Assembly: GCA_964057225.1 (NCBI GenBank) | Contig: CAXKVF010000075.1 | Coordinates: 62,001 to 126,000 of the forward strand | DNA: 64,000 bases | DNA from: Auanema rhodensis | Lineage: Eukaryota; Animalia; Nematoda | Reading direction: 5' to 3' | Shown here: piece by piece, positions 1 to 13,300 of the stretch | Layout: every line of letters starts with the position of its first letter | Position numbering within the stretch: position 1 is the first letter of the stretch | Translations under genes and position numbers: made by a program | Notes under the pieces: model-generated | Told to the model about the DNA's origin: nothing | The model's input: the letters and a program-made list of their open reading frames with translations, nothing else | Database searches by the model: none

Positions 1-43
1 TACATTTAATTAGCATAAATTAAAGTTCACGTAAATTTCAAAG

Positions 44-58
44 TCATGGTTACCATGA
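44..58. other. Dyad (T)CATGGT-T-ACCATG(A), present in essentially every monomer
   Basis: CATGGT (45-50) is the reverse complement of ACCATG (52-57). With allele 58A the dyad extends to 15 bp. Confidence 0.9.
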
Positions 59-136
59 ACCAATATCAATAAAAATTTGTTTTTAGACTAATATGGACAT
101 GGGGAATCTAATTTTGAAAACCGCATCTCTTTATCT

Positions 137-146
137 TTCACGTGAA
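137..146. other. Perfect 10-bp palindrome TTCACGTGAA (CACGTG E-box core), repeated per monomer
   Basis: Read directly from the sequence. A second CACGTG lies at 171-176 and a degenerate TTCACGTAAA at 26-35. Protein binding is not demonstrated. Confidence 0.85.
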
Positions 147-2640
147 GCGAGTTACATACCAAGAGCACATCACGTGTACATTTAATTAGCATAAATTAAA
201 GTTCACGTAAATTTCAAAGTCATGGTTACCATGCACCAATATCAATAAAAATTTGTTTTTAAACTAATATGGACATGGGGAATCTAATTTTGAAAACCGC
301 ATCTCTTTATCTTTCACGTGAAGCGAGTTACATACCAAGTGCACATCACGTGTACATTTAATTAGCATAAATTAAAGTTCACGTAAATTTCAAAGTCATG
401 GTTACCATGAACCAATATCAATAAAAATTTGTTTTTAGACTTATATGGACATGGGGAATCTAAATTTGAAAACCGCATCTCTTTATCTTTCACGTGAAGC
501 GAGTTACATACCAAGTGCACATCACGTGTACATTTAATTAGCATAAATTAAAGTTCACGTAACTTTCAAAGTCATGGTTACCATGCACCAATATCAATAA
601 AAATTTGTTTTTAGACTAATATGGACATGGGGAATCTAATTTTGAAAACCGCATCTCTTTATCTTTCACGTGAAGCGAGTTACATACCAAGTGCACATCA
701 CGTGTACATTTAATTAGCATAAATTAAAGTTCACGTAAATTTCAAAGTCATGGTTACCATGCACCAATATCAATAAAAATTTGTTTTTAGACTAATATGG
801 ACATGGGGAATCTAATTTTGAAAACCGCATCTCTTTATCTTTCATGTGAAGCGAGTTACATACCAAGTGCACATCACGTGTACATTTAATTAGCATAAAT
901 TAAAGTTCACGTAAATTTCAAAGTCATGGTTACCATGCACCAATATCAATAAAAATTTGTTTTTAGACTAATATGGACATGGGGAATCTAATTTTGAAAA
1001 CCGCATCTCTTTATCTTTCATGTGAAGCGAGTTACATACCAAGTGCACATCACGTGTACATTTAATTAGCATAAATTAAAGTTCACGTAAATTTCAAAGT
1101 CATGGTTACCATGAACCAATATCAATAAAAATTTGTTTTTAGACTAATATGGACATGGGGAATCTAATTTTGAAAACCGCATCTCTTTATCTTTCACGTG
1201 AAGCGAGTTACATACCAAGTGCACATCACGTGTACATTTAATTAGCATAAATTAAAGTTCACGTAAATTTCAAAGTCATGGTTACCATGCACCAATATCA
1301 ATAAAAATTTGTTTTTAAACTAATATGGACATGGGGAATCTAATTTTGAAAACCGCATCTCTTTATCTTTCACGTGAAGCGAGTTACATACCAAGTGCAC
1401 ATCACGTGTACATTTAATTAGCATAAATTAAAGTTCACGTAAATTTCAAAGTCATGGTTACCATGCACCAATATCAATAAAAATTTGTTTTTAGACTAAT
1501 ATGGACATGGGGAATCTAATTTTGAAAACCGCATCTCTTTATCTTTCACGTGAAGCGAGTTACATACCAAGTGCACATCACGTGTACATTTAATTAGCAT
1601 AAATTAAAGTTCACGTAAATTTCAAAGTCATGGTTACCATGAACCAATATCAATAAAAATTTGTTTTTAGACTAATATGGACATGGGGAATCTAATTTTG
1701 AAAACCGCATCTCTTTATCTTTCACGTGAAGCGAGTTACATACCAAGTGCACATCACGTGTACATTTAATTAGCATAAATTAAAGTTCACGTAAATTTCA
1801 AAGTCATGGTTACCATGAACCAATATCAATAAAAATTTGTTTTTAGACTAATATGGACATGGGGAATCTAATTTTGAAAACCGCATCTCTTTATCTTTCA
1901 CGTGAAGCGAGTTACATACCAAGTGCCCATCACGTGTACATTTAATTAGCATAAATTAAAGTTCACGTAAATTTCAAAGTCATGGTTACCATGCACCAAT
2001 ATCAATAAAAATTTGTTTTTAGACTAATATGGACATGGGGAATCTAATTTTGAAAACCGCATCTCGTTATCTTTCACGTGAAGCGAGTTACATACCAAGT
2101 GCACATCACGTGTACATTTAATTAGCATAAATTAAAGTTCACGTAAATTTCAAAGTCATGGTTACCATGCACCAATATCAATAAAAATTTGTTTTTAGAC
2201 TAATATGGACATGGGGAATCTAATTTTGAAAACCGCATCTCGTTATCTTTCACGTGAAGCGAGTTACATACCAAGTGCACATCACGTGTACATTTAATTA
2301 GCATAAATTAAAGTTCACGTAAATTTCAAAGTCATGGTTACCATGCACCAATATCAATAAAAATTTGTTTTTAGACTAATATGGACATGGGGAATCTAAT
2401 TTTGAAAACCGCATCTCGTTATCTTTCACGTGAAGCGAGTTACATACCAAGTGCACATCACGTTTACATTTAATTAGCATAAATTAAAGTTCACGTAAAT
2501 TTCAAAGTCATGGTTACCATGCACCAATATCAATAAAAATTTGTTTTTAGACTAATATGGACATGGGGAATCTAATTTTGAAAACCGCATCTCTTTATCT
2601 TTCACGTGAAGCGAGTTACATACCAAGTGCACATCACGTG

Positions 2641-5600
2641 TACATTTAATTAGCATAAATTAAAGTTCACGTAAATTTCAAAGTCATGGTTACCATGCAC
2701 CAATATCAATAAAAATTTGTTTTTAGACTAATATGGACATGCGGAATCTAATTTTGAAAACCGCATCTCTTTATCTTTCAAGTGAAGCGAGTTACATACC
2801 AAGTGCACATCACGTGTACATTTAATTAGCATAAATTAAAGTTCACGTAAATTTCAAAGTCATGGTTACCATGAACCAATATCAATAAAAGTTTGTTTTT
2901 AGACTAATATGGACATGGGGAATCTAATTTTGAAAACCGCATCTCTTTATCTTTCACGTGAAGCGAGTTACATACCAAGAGCACATCACGTGTACATTTA
3001 ATTAGCATAAATTAAAGTTCACGTAAATTTCAAAGTCATGGTTACCATGCACCAATATCAATAAAAATTTGTTTTTAAACTAATATGGACATGGGGAATC
3101 TAATTTTGAAAACCGCATCTCTTTATCTTTCACGTGAAGCGAGTTACATACCAAGTGCACATCACGTGTACATTTAATTAGCATAAATTAAAGTTCACGT
3201 AAATTTCAAAGTCATGGTTACCATGAACCAATATCAATAAAAATTTGTTTTTAGACTAATATGGACATGGGGAATCTAAATTTGAAAACCGCATCTCTTT
3301 ATCTTTCACGTGAAGCGAGTTACATACCAAGTGCACATCACGTGTACATTTAATTAGCATAAATTAAAGTTCACGTAACTTTCAAAGTCATGGTTACCAT
3401 GCACCAATATCAATAAAAATTTGTTTTTAGACTAATATGGACATGGGGAATCTAATTTTGAAAACCGCATCTCTTTATCTTTCACGTGAAGCGAGTTACA
3501 TACCAAGTGCACATCACGTGTACATTTAATTAGCATAAATTAAAGTTCACGTAAATTTCAAAGTCATGGTTACCATGCACCAATATCAATAAAAATTTGT
3601 TTTTAGACTAATATGGACATGGGGAATCTAATTTTGAAAACCGCATCTCTTTATCTTTCACGTGAAGCGAGTTACATACCAAGTGCACATCACGTGTACA
3701 TTTAATTAGCATAAATTAAAGTTCACGTAAATTTCAAAGTCATGGTTACCATGCACCAATATCAATAAAAATTTGTTTTTAGACTAATATGGACATGGGG
3801 AATCTAATTTTGAAAACCGCATCTCTTTATCTTTCACGTGAAGCAAGTTACATACCGAGTGCACATCACGTGTACATTTAATTAGCATAAATTAAAGTTC
3901 ACGTAAATTTCAAAGTCATGGTTACCATGAACCAATATCAATAAAAATTTGTTTTTAGACTAATATGGACATGGGGAATCTAAATTTGAAAACCGCATCT
4001 CTTTATCTTTCACGTGAAGCGAGTTACATACCAAGTGCACATCACGTGTACATTTAATTAGCATAAATTAAAGTTCACGTAACTTTCAAAGTCATGGTTA
4101 CCATGCACCAATATTAATAAAAATTTGTTTTTAGACTAATATGGACATGGGGAATCTAATTTTGAAAACCGCATCTCTTTATCTTTCACGTGAAGCGAGT
4201 TACATACCAAGTGCACATCACGTGTACATTTAATTAGCATAAATTAAAGTTCACGTAAATTTCAAAGTCATGGTTACCATGCACCAATATCAATAAAAAT
4301 TTGTTTTTAGACTAATATGGACATGGGGAATCTAATTTTGAAAACCGCATCTCTTTATCTTTCACGTGAAGCGAGTTACATACCAAGTGCACATCACGTG
4401 TACATTTAATTAGCATAAATTAAAGTTCACGTAACTTTCAAAGTCATGGTTACCATGCACCAATATCAATAAAAATTTGTTTTTAGACTAATATGGACAT
4501 GGGGAATCTAATTTTGAAAACCGCATCTCTTTATCTTTCACGTGAAGCGAGTTACATACCAAGTGCACATCACGTGTACATTTAATTAGCATAAATTAAA
4601 GTTCACGTAAATTTCAAAGTCATGGTTACCATGCACCAATATCAATAAAAATTTGTTTTTAGACTAATATGGACATGGGGAATCTAATTTTTGAAAACCG
4701 CATCTCTTTATCTTTCACGTGAAGCGAGTTACATACCGAGTGCACATCACGTGTACATTTAATTAGCATAAATTAAAGTTCACGTAAATTTCAAAGTCAT
4801 GGTTACCATGAACCAATATCAATAAAAATTTGTTTTTAGACTAATATGGACATGGGGAATCTAATTTTGAAAACCGCATCTCTTTATCTTTCACGTGAAG
4901 CGAGTTACATACCGAGTGCACATCACGTGTACATTTAATTAGCATAAATTAAAGTTCACGTAAATTTCAAAGTCATGGTTACCATGCACCAATATCAATA
5001 AAAATTTGTTTTTAAACTAATATGGACATGGGGAATCTTATTTTGAAAACCGCATCTCTTTATCTTTCACGTGAAGCGAGTTACATACCAAGTGCACATC
5101 ACGTGTACATTTAATTAGCATAAATTAAAGTTCACGTAAATTTCAAAGTCATGGTTACCATGCACCAATATCAATAAAAATTTGTTTTTAGACTAATATG
5201 GACATGGGGAATCTAATTTTGAAAACCGCATCTCTTTATCTTTCACGTGAAGCGAGTTACATACCAAGTGCACATCACGTGTACATTTAATTAGCATAAA
5301 TTAAAGTTCACGTAAATTTCAAAGTCATGGTTACCATGCACCAATATCAATAAAAATTTGTTTTTTAGACTAATATGGACATGGGGAATCTAATTTGAAA
5401 ACCGCATCTCTTTATCTTTCACGTGAAGCGAGTTACATACCGAGTGCACATCACGTGTACATTTAATTAGCATAAATTAAAGTTCACGTAAATTTCAAAG
5501 TCATGGTTACCATGCACCAATATCAATAAAAATTTGTTTTTAAACTAATATGGACATGGGGAATCTTATTTTGAAAACCGCATCTCTTTATCTTTCACGT

Positions 5601-8600
5601 GAAGCGAGTTTACATACCAAGTGCACATCACGTGTACATTTAATTAGCATAAATTAAAGTTCACGTAAATTTCAAAGTCATGGTTACCATGCACCAATAT
5701 CAATAAAAATTTGTTTTTAGACTAATATGGACATGGGGAATCTAATTTTGAAAACCGCATCTCTTTATCTTTCACGTGAAGCGAGTTACATACCAAGTGC
5801 ACATCACGTGTACATTTAATTAGCATAAATTAAAGTTCACGTAAATTTCAAAGTCATGGTTACCATGAACCAATATCAATAAAAATTTGTTTTTAAACTA
5901 ATATGGACATGGGGAATCTTATTTTGAAAACCGCATCTCTTTATCTTTCACGTGAAGCGAGTTACATACCAAGTGCACATCACGTGTACATTTAATTAGC
6001 ATAAATTAAAGTTCACGTAAATTTCAAAGTCATGGTTACCATGAACCAATATCAATAAAAATTTGTTTTTAGACTAATATGGACATGGGGAATCTAATTT
6101 TGAAAACCGCATCTCGTTATCTTTCACGTGGAGCGAGTTACATACCAAGTGCACATCACGTGTACATTTAATTAGCATAAATTAAAGTTCACGTAAATTT
6201 CAAAGTCATGGTTACCATGCACCAATATCAATAAAAATTTGTTTTTAGACTAATATGGACATGGGGAATCTAATTTGAAAACCGCATCTCTTTATCTTTC
6301 ACGTGAAGCGAGTTACATACCAAGTGCACATCACGTGTACATTTAATTAGCATAAATTAAAGTTCACGTAACTTTCAAAGTCATGGTTACCATGCACCAA
6401 TATCAATAAAAATTTGTTTTTAGACTAATATGGACATGGGGAATCTAATTTTGAAAACCGCATCTCTTTATCTTTCACGTGAAGCGAGTTACATACCAAG
6501 TGCACATCACGTGTACATTTAATTAGCATAAATTAAAGTTCACGTAAATTTCAAAGTCATGGTTACCATGAACCAATATCAATAAAAATTTGTTTTTAGA
6601 CTAATATGGACATGGGGAATCTAATTTTGAAAACCGCATCTCTTTATCTTTCACGTGAAGCGAGTTACATACCAAGTGCCCATCACGTGTACATTTAATT
6701 AGCATAAATTAAAGTTCACGTAAATTTCAAAGTCATGGTTACCATGCACCAATATCAATAAAAATTTGTTTTTAGACTAATATGGACATGGGGAATCTAA
6801 TTTTGAAAACCGCATCTCGTTATCTTTCACGTGAAGCGAGTTACATACCAAGTGCACATCACGTGTACATTTAATTAGCATAAATTAAAGTTCACGTAAA
6901 TTTCAAAGTCATGGTTACCATGCACCAATATCAATAAAATTTGTTTTTAGACTAATATGGACATGCGGAATCTAATTTTGAAAACCGCATCTCTTTATCT
7001 TTCAAGTGAAGCGAGTTACATACCAAGTGCACATCACGTGTACATTTAATTAGCATAAATTAAGTTCACGTAAAATTCAAAGTCATGGTTACCATGAACC
7101 AATATCAATAAAAAGTTTGTTTTTAGACTAATATGGACATGGGGAATCTAATTTTGAAAACCGCATCTCTTTATCTTTCACGTGAAGCGAGTTACATACC
7201 AAGAGCACATCACGTGTACATTTAATTAGCATAAATTAAAGTTCACGTAAATTTCAAAGTCATGGTTACCATGCACCAATATCAATAAAAATTTGTTTTT
7301 AAACTAATATGGACATGGGGAATCTAATTTTGAAAACCGCATCTCTTTATCTTTCACGTGAAGCGAGTTACATACCAAGTGCACATCACGTGTACATTTA
7401 ATTAGCATAAATTAAAGTTCACGTAAATTTCAAAGTCATGGTTACCATGAACCAATATCAATAAAAATTTGTTTTTAGACTAATATGGACATGGGGAATC
7501 TAAATTTGAAAACCGCATCTCTTTATCTTTCACGTGAAGCGAGTTACATACCTAGTGCACATCACGTGTACATTTAATTAGCATAAATTAAAGTTCACGT
7601 AACTTTCAAAGTCATGGTTACCATGCACCAATATCAATAAAAATTTGTTTTTAGACTAATATGGACATGGGGAATCTAATTTGAAAACCGCATCTCTTTA
7701 TCTTTCACGTGAAGCGAGTTACATACCAAGTGCACATCACGTGTACATTTAATTAGCATAAATTAAAGTTCACGTAAATTTCAAAGTCATGGTTACCATG
7801 CACCAATATCAATAAAAATTTGTTTTTAGACTAATATGGACATGGGGAATCTAATTTTGAAAACCGCATCTCTTTATCTTTCACGTGAAGCGAGTTACAT
7901 ACCAAGTGCACATCACGTGTACATTTAATTAGCATAAATTAAAGTTCACGTAAATTTCAAAGTCATGGTTACCATGCACCAATATCAATAAAATTTGTTT
8001 TTAGACTAATATGGACATGGGGAATCTAATTTTGAAAACCGCATCTCTTTATCTTTCACGTGAAGCAAGTTACATACCGAGTGCACATCACGTGTACATT
8101 TAATTAGCATAAATTAAAGTTCACGTAAATTTCAAAGTCATGGTTACCATGAACCAATATCAATAAAAATTTGTTTTTAGACTAATATGGACATGGGGAA
8201 TCTAAATTTGAAAACCGCATCTCTTTATCTTTCACGTGAAGCGAGTTACATACCAAGTGCACATCACGTGTACATTTAATTAGCATAAATTAAAGTTCAC
8301 GTAACTTTCAAAGTCATGGTTACCATGCACCAATATCAATAAAAATTTGTTTTTAGACTAATATGGGACATGGGGAATCTAATTTTGAAAACCGCATCTC
8401 TTTATCTTTCACGTGAAGCGAGTTACATACCAAGTGCACATCACGTGTACATTTAATTAGCATAAATTAAAGTTCACGTAAATTTCAAAGTCATGGTTAC
8501 CATGCACCAATATCAATAAAAATTTGTTTTTTAGACTAATATGGACATGGGGAATCTAATTTTGAAAACCGCATCTCTTTATCTTTCACGTGAAGCGAGT

Positions 8601-10390
8601 TACATACCAAGTGCACATCACGTGTACATTTAATTAGCATAAATTAAAGTTCACGTAACTTTCAAAGTCATGGTTACCATGCACCAATTATCAATAAAAA
8701 TTTGTTTTTAGACTAATATGGACATGGGGAATCTAATTTTGAAAACCGCATCTCTTATCTTTCACGTGAAGCGAGTTACATACCAAGTGCACATCACGTG
8801 TACATTTAATTAGCATAAATTAAAGTTCACGTAAATTTCAAAGTCATGGTTACCATGCACCAATATCAATAAAAATTTGTTTTTAGACTAATATGGACAT
8901 GGGGAATCTAATTTGAAAACCGCATCTCTTTATCTTTCACGTGAAGCGAGTTACATACCGAGTGCACATCACGTGTACATTTAATTAGCATAAATTAAAG
9001 TTCACGTAAATTTCAAAGTCATGGTTACCATGCACCAATATCAATAAAAATTTGTTTTTAGACTAATATGGACATGGGGAATCTAATTTTGAAAACCGCA
9101 TCTCTTTATCTTTCACGTGAAGCGAGTTACATACCAAGTGCACATCACGTGTACATTTAATTAGCATAAATTAAAGTTCACGTAAATTTCAAAGTCATGG
9201 TTACCATGCACCAATATCAATAAAAATTTGTTTTTAGACTAATATGGACATGGGGAATCTAATTTTGAAAACCGCATCTCTTTATCTTTCACGTTGAAGC
9301 GAGTTACATACCAAGTGCACATCACGTGTACATTTAATTAGCATAAATTAAAGTTCACGTAAATTTCAAAGTCATGGTTACCTTGCACCAATATCAATAA
9401 AAATTTGTTTTTAGACTAATATGGACATGGGGAATCTAATTTTGAAAACCGCATCTCTTTATCTTTCACGTGAAGCGAGTTACATACCGAGTGCACATCA
9501 CGTGTACATTTAATTAGCATAAATTAAAGTTCACGTAAATTTCAAAGTCATGGTTACCATGAACCAATATCAATAAAAATTTGTTTTTTAGACTAATATG
9601 GACATGGGGAATCTAATTTTGAAAACCGCATCTCTTTATCTTTCACGTGAAGCGAGTTACATACCGAGTGCACATCACGTGTACATTTAATTAGCATAAA
9701 TTAAAGTTCACGTAAATTTCAAAGTCATGGTTACCATGCACCAATATCAATAAAAATTTGTTTTTAAACTAATATGGACATGGGGAATCTTATTTTGAAA
9801 CCGCATCTCTTTATCTTTCACGTGAAGCGAGTTACATACCAAGTGCACATCACGTGTACATTTAATTAGCATAAATTAAAGTTCACGTAAATTTCAAAGT
9901 CATGGTTACCATGCACCAATATCAATAAAAATTTGTTTTTAGACTAATATGGACATGGGGAATCTAATTTTGAAAACCGCATCTCTTTATCTTTCACGTG
10001 AAGCGAGTTACATACCAAGTGCACATCACGTGTACATTTAATTAGCATAAATTAAAGTTCACGTAAATTTCAAAGTCATGGTTACCATGAACCAATATCA
10101 ATAAAAATTTGTTTTTAGACTAATATGGACATGGGGAAATCTAATTTTGAAAACCGCATCTCTTTATCTTTCACGTGAAGCGAGTTACATACCAAGTGCA
10201 CATCACGTGTACATTTAATTAGCATAAATTAAAGTTCACGTAAATTTCAAAGTCATGGTTACCATGAACCAATATCAATAAAAATTTGTTTTTAGACTAA
10301 TATGGACATGGGGAATCTAATTTTGAAAACCGCATCTCGTTATCTTTCACGTGGAGCGAGTTACATACCAAGTGCACATCACGTGTACAT
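2641..10390 (+). repeat. Higher-order duplication with ~24-monomer (~4.22 kb) offset
   Basis: Rare variants recur at an offset of ~4223: GCGGAATC 2742/6966, AAGAGCAC 2980/7204, AAGCAAG+CCGAG ~3845/~8067, GTGGAGC 6131/10354. Confidence 0.8.
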
Positions 10391-13300
10391 TTAATTAGCA
10401 TAAATTAAAGTTCACGTAAATTTCAAAGTCATGGTTACCATGCACCAATATCAATAAAAATTTGTTTTTAGACTAATATGGACATGGGGAATCTAATTTT
10501 GAAAACCGCATCTCTTTATCTTTCACGTGAAGCGAGTTACATACCAAGTGCACATCACGTGTACATTTAATTAGCATAAATTAAAGTTCACGTAAATTTC
10601 AAAGTCATGGTTACCATGCACCAATATCAATAAAAATTTGTTTTAGACTAATATGGGACATGGGGAATCTAATTTTGAAAACCGCATCTCTTATCTTTCA
10701 CGTGAAGCGAGTTACATACCAAGTGCACATCACGTGTACATTTAATTAGCATAAATTAAAGTTCACGTAAATTTCAAAGTCATGGTTACCATGCACCAAT
10801 ATCAATAAAAATTTGTTTTTTAGACTAATATGGACATGGGGAATCTAATTTTGAAAACCGCATCTCGTTATCTTTCACGTGAAGCGAGTTACATACCAAG
10901 TGCACATCACGTGTACATTTAATTAGCATAAATTAAAGTTCACGTAAATTTCAAAGTCATGGTTACCATGCACCAATATCAATAAAAATTTGTTTTTAGA
11001 CTAATATGGACATGGGGAATCTAATTTTGAAAACCGCATCTCTTTATCTTTCACGTGAAGCGAGTTACATACCAAGTGCACATCACGTGTACATTTAATT
11101 AGCATAAATTAAAGTTCACGTAAATTTCAAAGTCATGGTTACCATGAACCAATATCAATAAAAATTTGTTTTTAGACTAATATGGACATGGGGAATCTAA
11201 TTTTGAAAACCGCATCTCTTATCTTTCACGTGAAGCGAGTTACATACCAAGTGCACATCACGTGTACATTTAATTAGCATAAATTAAAGTTCACGTAAAT
11301 TTCAAAGTCATGGTTACCATGCACCAATATCAATAAAAATTTGTTTTTAGACTAATATGGACATGGGGAATCTAATTTTGAAAACCGCATCTCTTTATCT
11401 TTCACGTGAAGCGAGTTACATACCAAGTGCACATCACGTGTACATTTAATTAGCATAAATTAAAGTTCACGTAAATTTCAAAGTCATGGTTACCATGCAC
11501 CAATATCAATAAAAATTTGTTTTTAGACTAATATGGACATGGGGAATCTAATTTTGAAAACCGCATCTCTTTATCTTTCACGTGAAGCGAGTTACATACC
11601 AAGTGCACATCACGTGTACATTTAATTAGCATAAATTAAAGTTCACGTAAATTTCAAAGTCATGGTTACCATGCACCAATATCAATAAAAATTTGTTTTT
11701 AGACTAATATGGACATGGGGAATCTAATTTTGAAAACCGCATCTCTTTATCTTTCACGTGAAGCGAGTTACATACCAAGTGCACATCACGTGTACATTTA
11801 ATTAGCATAAATTAAAGTTCACGTAAATTTCAAAGTCATGGTTACCATGCACCAATATCAATAAAAATTTGTTTTAGACTAATATGGACATGGGGAATCT
11901 AATTTTGAAAACCGCATCTCTTCATCTTTCAAGTGAAGCGAGTTACATACCAAGTGCACATCACGTGTACATTTAATTAGCATAAATTAAAGTTCACGTA
12001 AATTTCAAAGTCATGGTTACCATGCACCAATATCAATAAAATTTGTTTTTAACTAATATGGACATGGGAATCTATTTTGAAAACCGCATCTCTTTATCTT
12101 TCACGTGAAGCGAGTTACATACCAAGTGCACATTCACGTGTACATTTAATTAGCATAAATTAAAGTTCACGTAAATTTCAAAGTCATGGTTACCATGCAC
12201 CAATATCAATAAAATTTGTTTTTAGACTAATATGGACATGGGGAATCTAATTTTGAAAACCGCATCTCTTTATCTTTCACGTGAAGCGAGTTACATACCA
12301 AGTGCACATCACGTGTACATTTAATTAGCATAAATTAAAGTTCACGTAAATTTCAAAGTCATGGTTACCATAAACCAATATCAATAAAAATTTGTTTTTA
12401 GACTAATATGGACATGGGGAATCTAATTTTGAAAACCGCATCTCTTTATCTTTCACGTGAAGCGAGTTACATACCAAGTGCACATCACGTGTACATTTAA
12501 TTAGCATAAATTAAAGTTCACGTAAATTTCAAAGTCATGGTTACCATGAACCAATATCAATAAAAATTTGTTTTTAGACTAATATGGACATGGGGAATCT
12601 AATTTTGAAAACCGCATCTCTTTATCTTTCACGTGAAGCGAGTTACATACCAAGTGCACATCACGTGTACATTTAATTAGCATAAATTAAAGTTCACGTA
12701 AATTTCAAAGTCATGGTTACCATGCACCAATATCAATAATAAAAATTTGTTTTTAGACTAATATGGACATGAGGAATCTAATTTTGAAAACCGCATCTCC
12801 TTATCTTTCACGTGAAGCGAGTTACATACCAAGTGCACATCACGTGTACATTTAATTAGCATAAATTAAAGTTCACGTAAATTTCAAAGTCATAGTTACC
12901 ATGCACCAATATCAATAAAAATTTGTTTTTAGACTAATATGGACATGGGGAATCTAATTTTGAAAACCGCATCTCTTCATCTTTCACGTGAAGCGAGTTA
13001 CATACCAAGTGCACATCACGTGTACATTTAATTAGCATAAATTAAAGTTCACGTAAATTTCAAAGTCATGGTTACCATGCACCAATATCAATAAAAATTT
13101 GTTTTTAGACTAATATGGACATGGGGAATCTAATTTTGAAAACCGCATCTCTTTATCTTTCACGTGAAGCGAGTTACATACCAAGTGCACATCACGTGTA
13201 CATTTAATTAGTATAAATTAAAGTTCACGTAAATTTCAAAGTCATGGTTACCATGCACCAATATCAATAAAAATTTGTTTTTAGACTAATATGGACATGG

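Larger units (their letters stand above)
1..176 (+). repeat. Representative 176-bp monomer (arbitrary phase; carries minor alleles 58A and 164A)
   Basis: Bases 1-176 are followed directly by the next copy starting TACA at 177. The consensus has 57 G+C in 176 bp. Confidence 0.97.

Noticed and set aside
1-176. CENP-B box or identity with alpha satellite, CEN178 or CentBr
   Set aside because: No TTCG....A..CGGG motif is present on either strand. Only the length is similar and I see no recognisable sequence match.
1-176. Tandem RNA gene unit (5S rRNA, tRNA, snRNA, spliced leader) or telomeric repeat
   Set aside because: There is no recognisable conserved RNA sequence, cloverleaf or short telomeric motif in the unit.
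169-262. Budding-yeast point-centromere layout (CDEI ATCACGTG, 77-bp spacer, TGTTTTT resembling the CDEIII start)
   Set aside because: The spacer is only ~75% AT (CDEII is >90%), the essential CDEIII CCG core is not in position, and point centromeres are not tandemly arrayed.
362-544. 60-aa minus-strand ORF from the ORF track
   Set aside because: It is a chance ORF. A private A>T at 442 turns the minus-strand TAG present in other monomers into AAG. It spans one repeat unit, has no recognisable domain and has no gene context.
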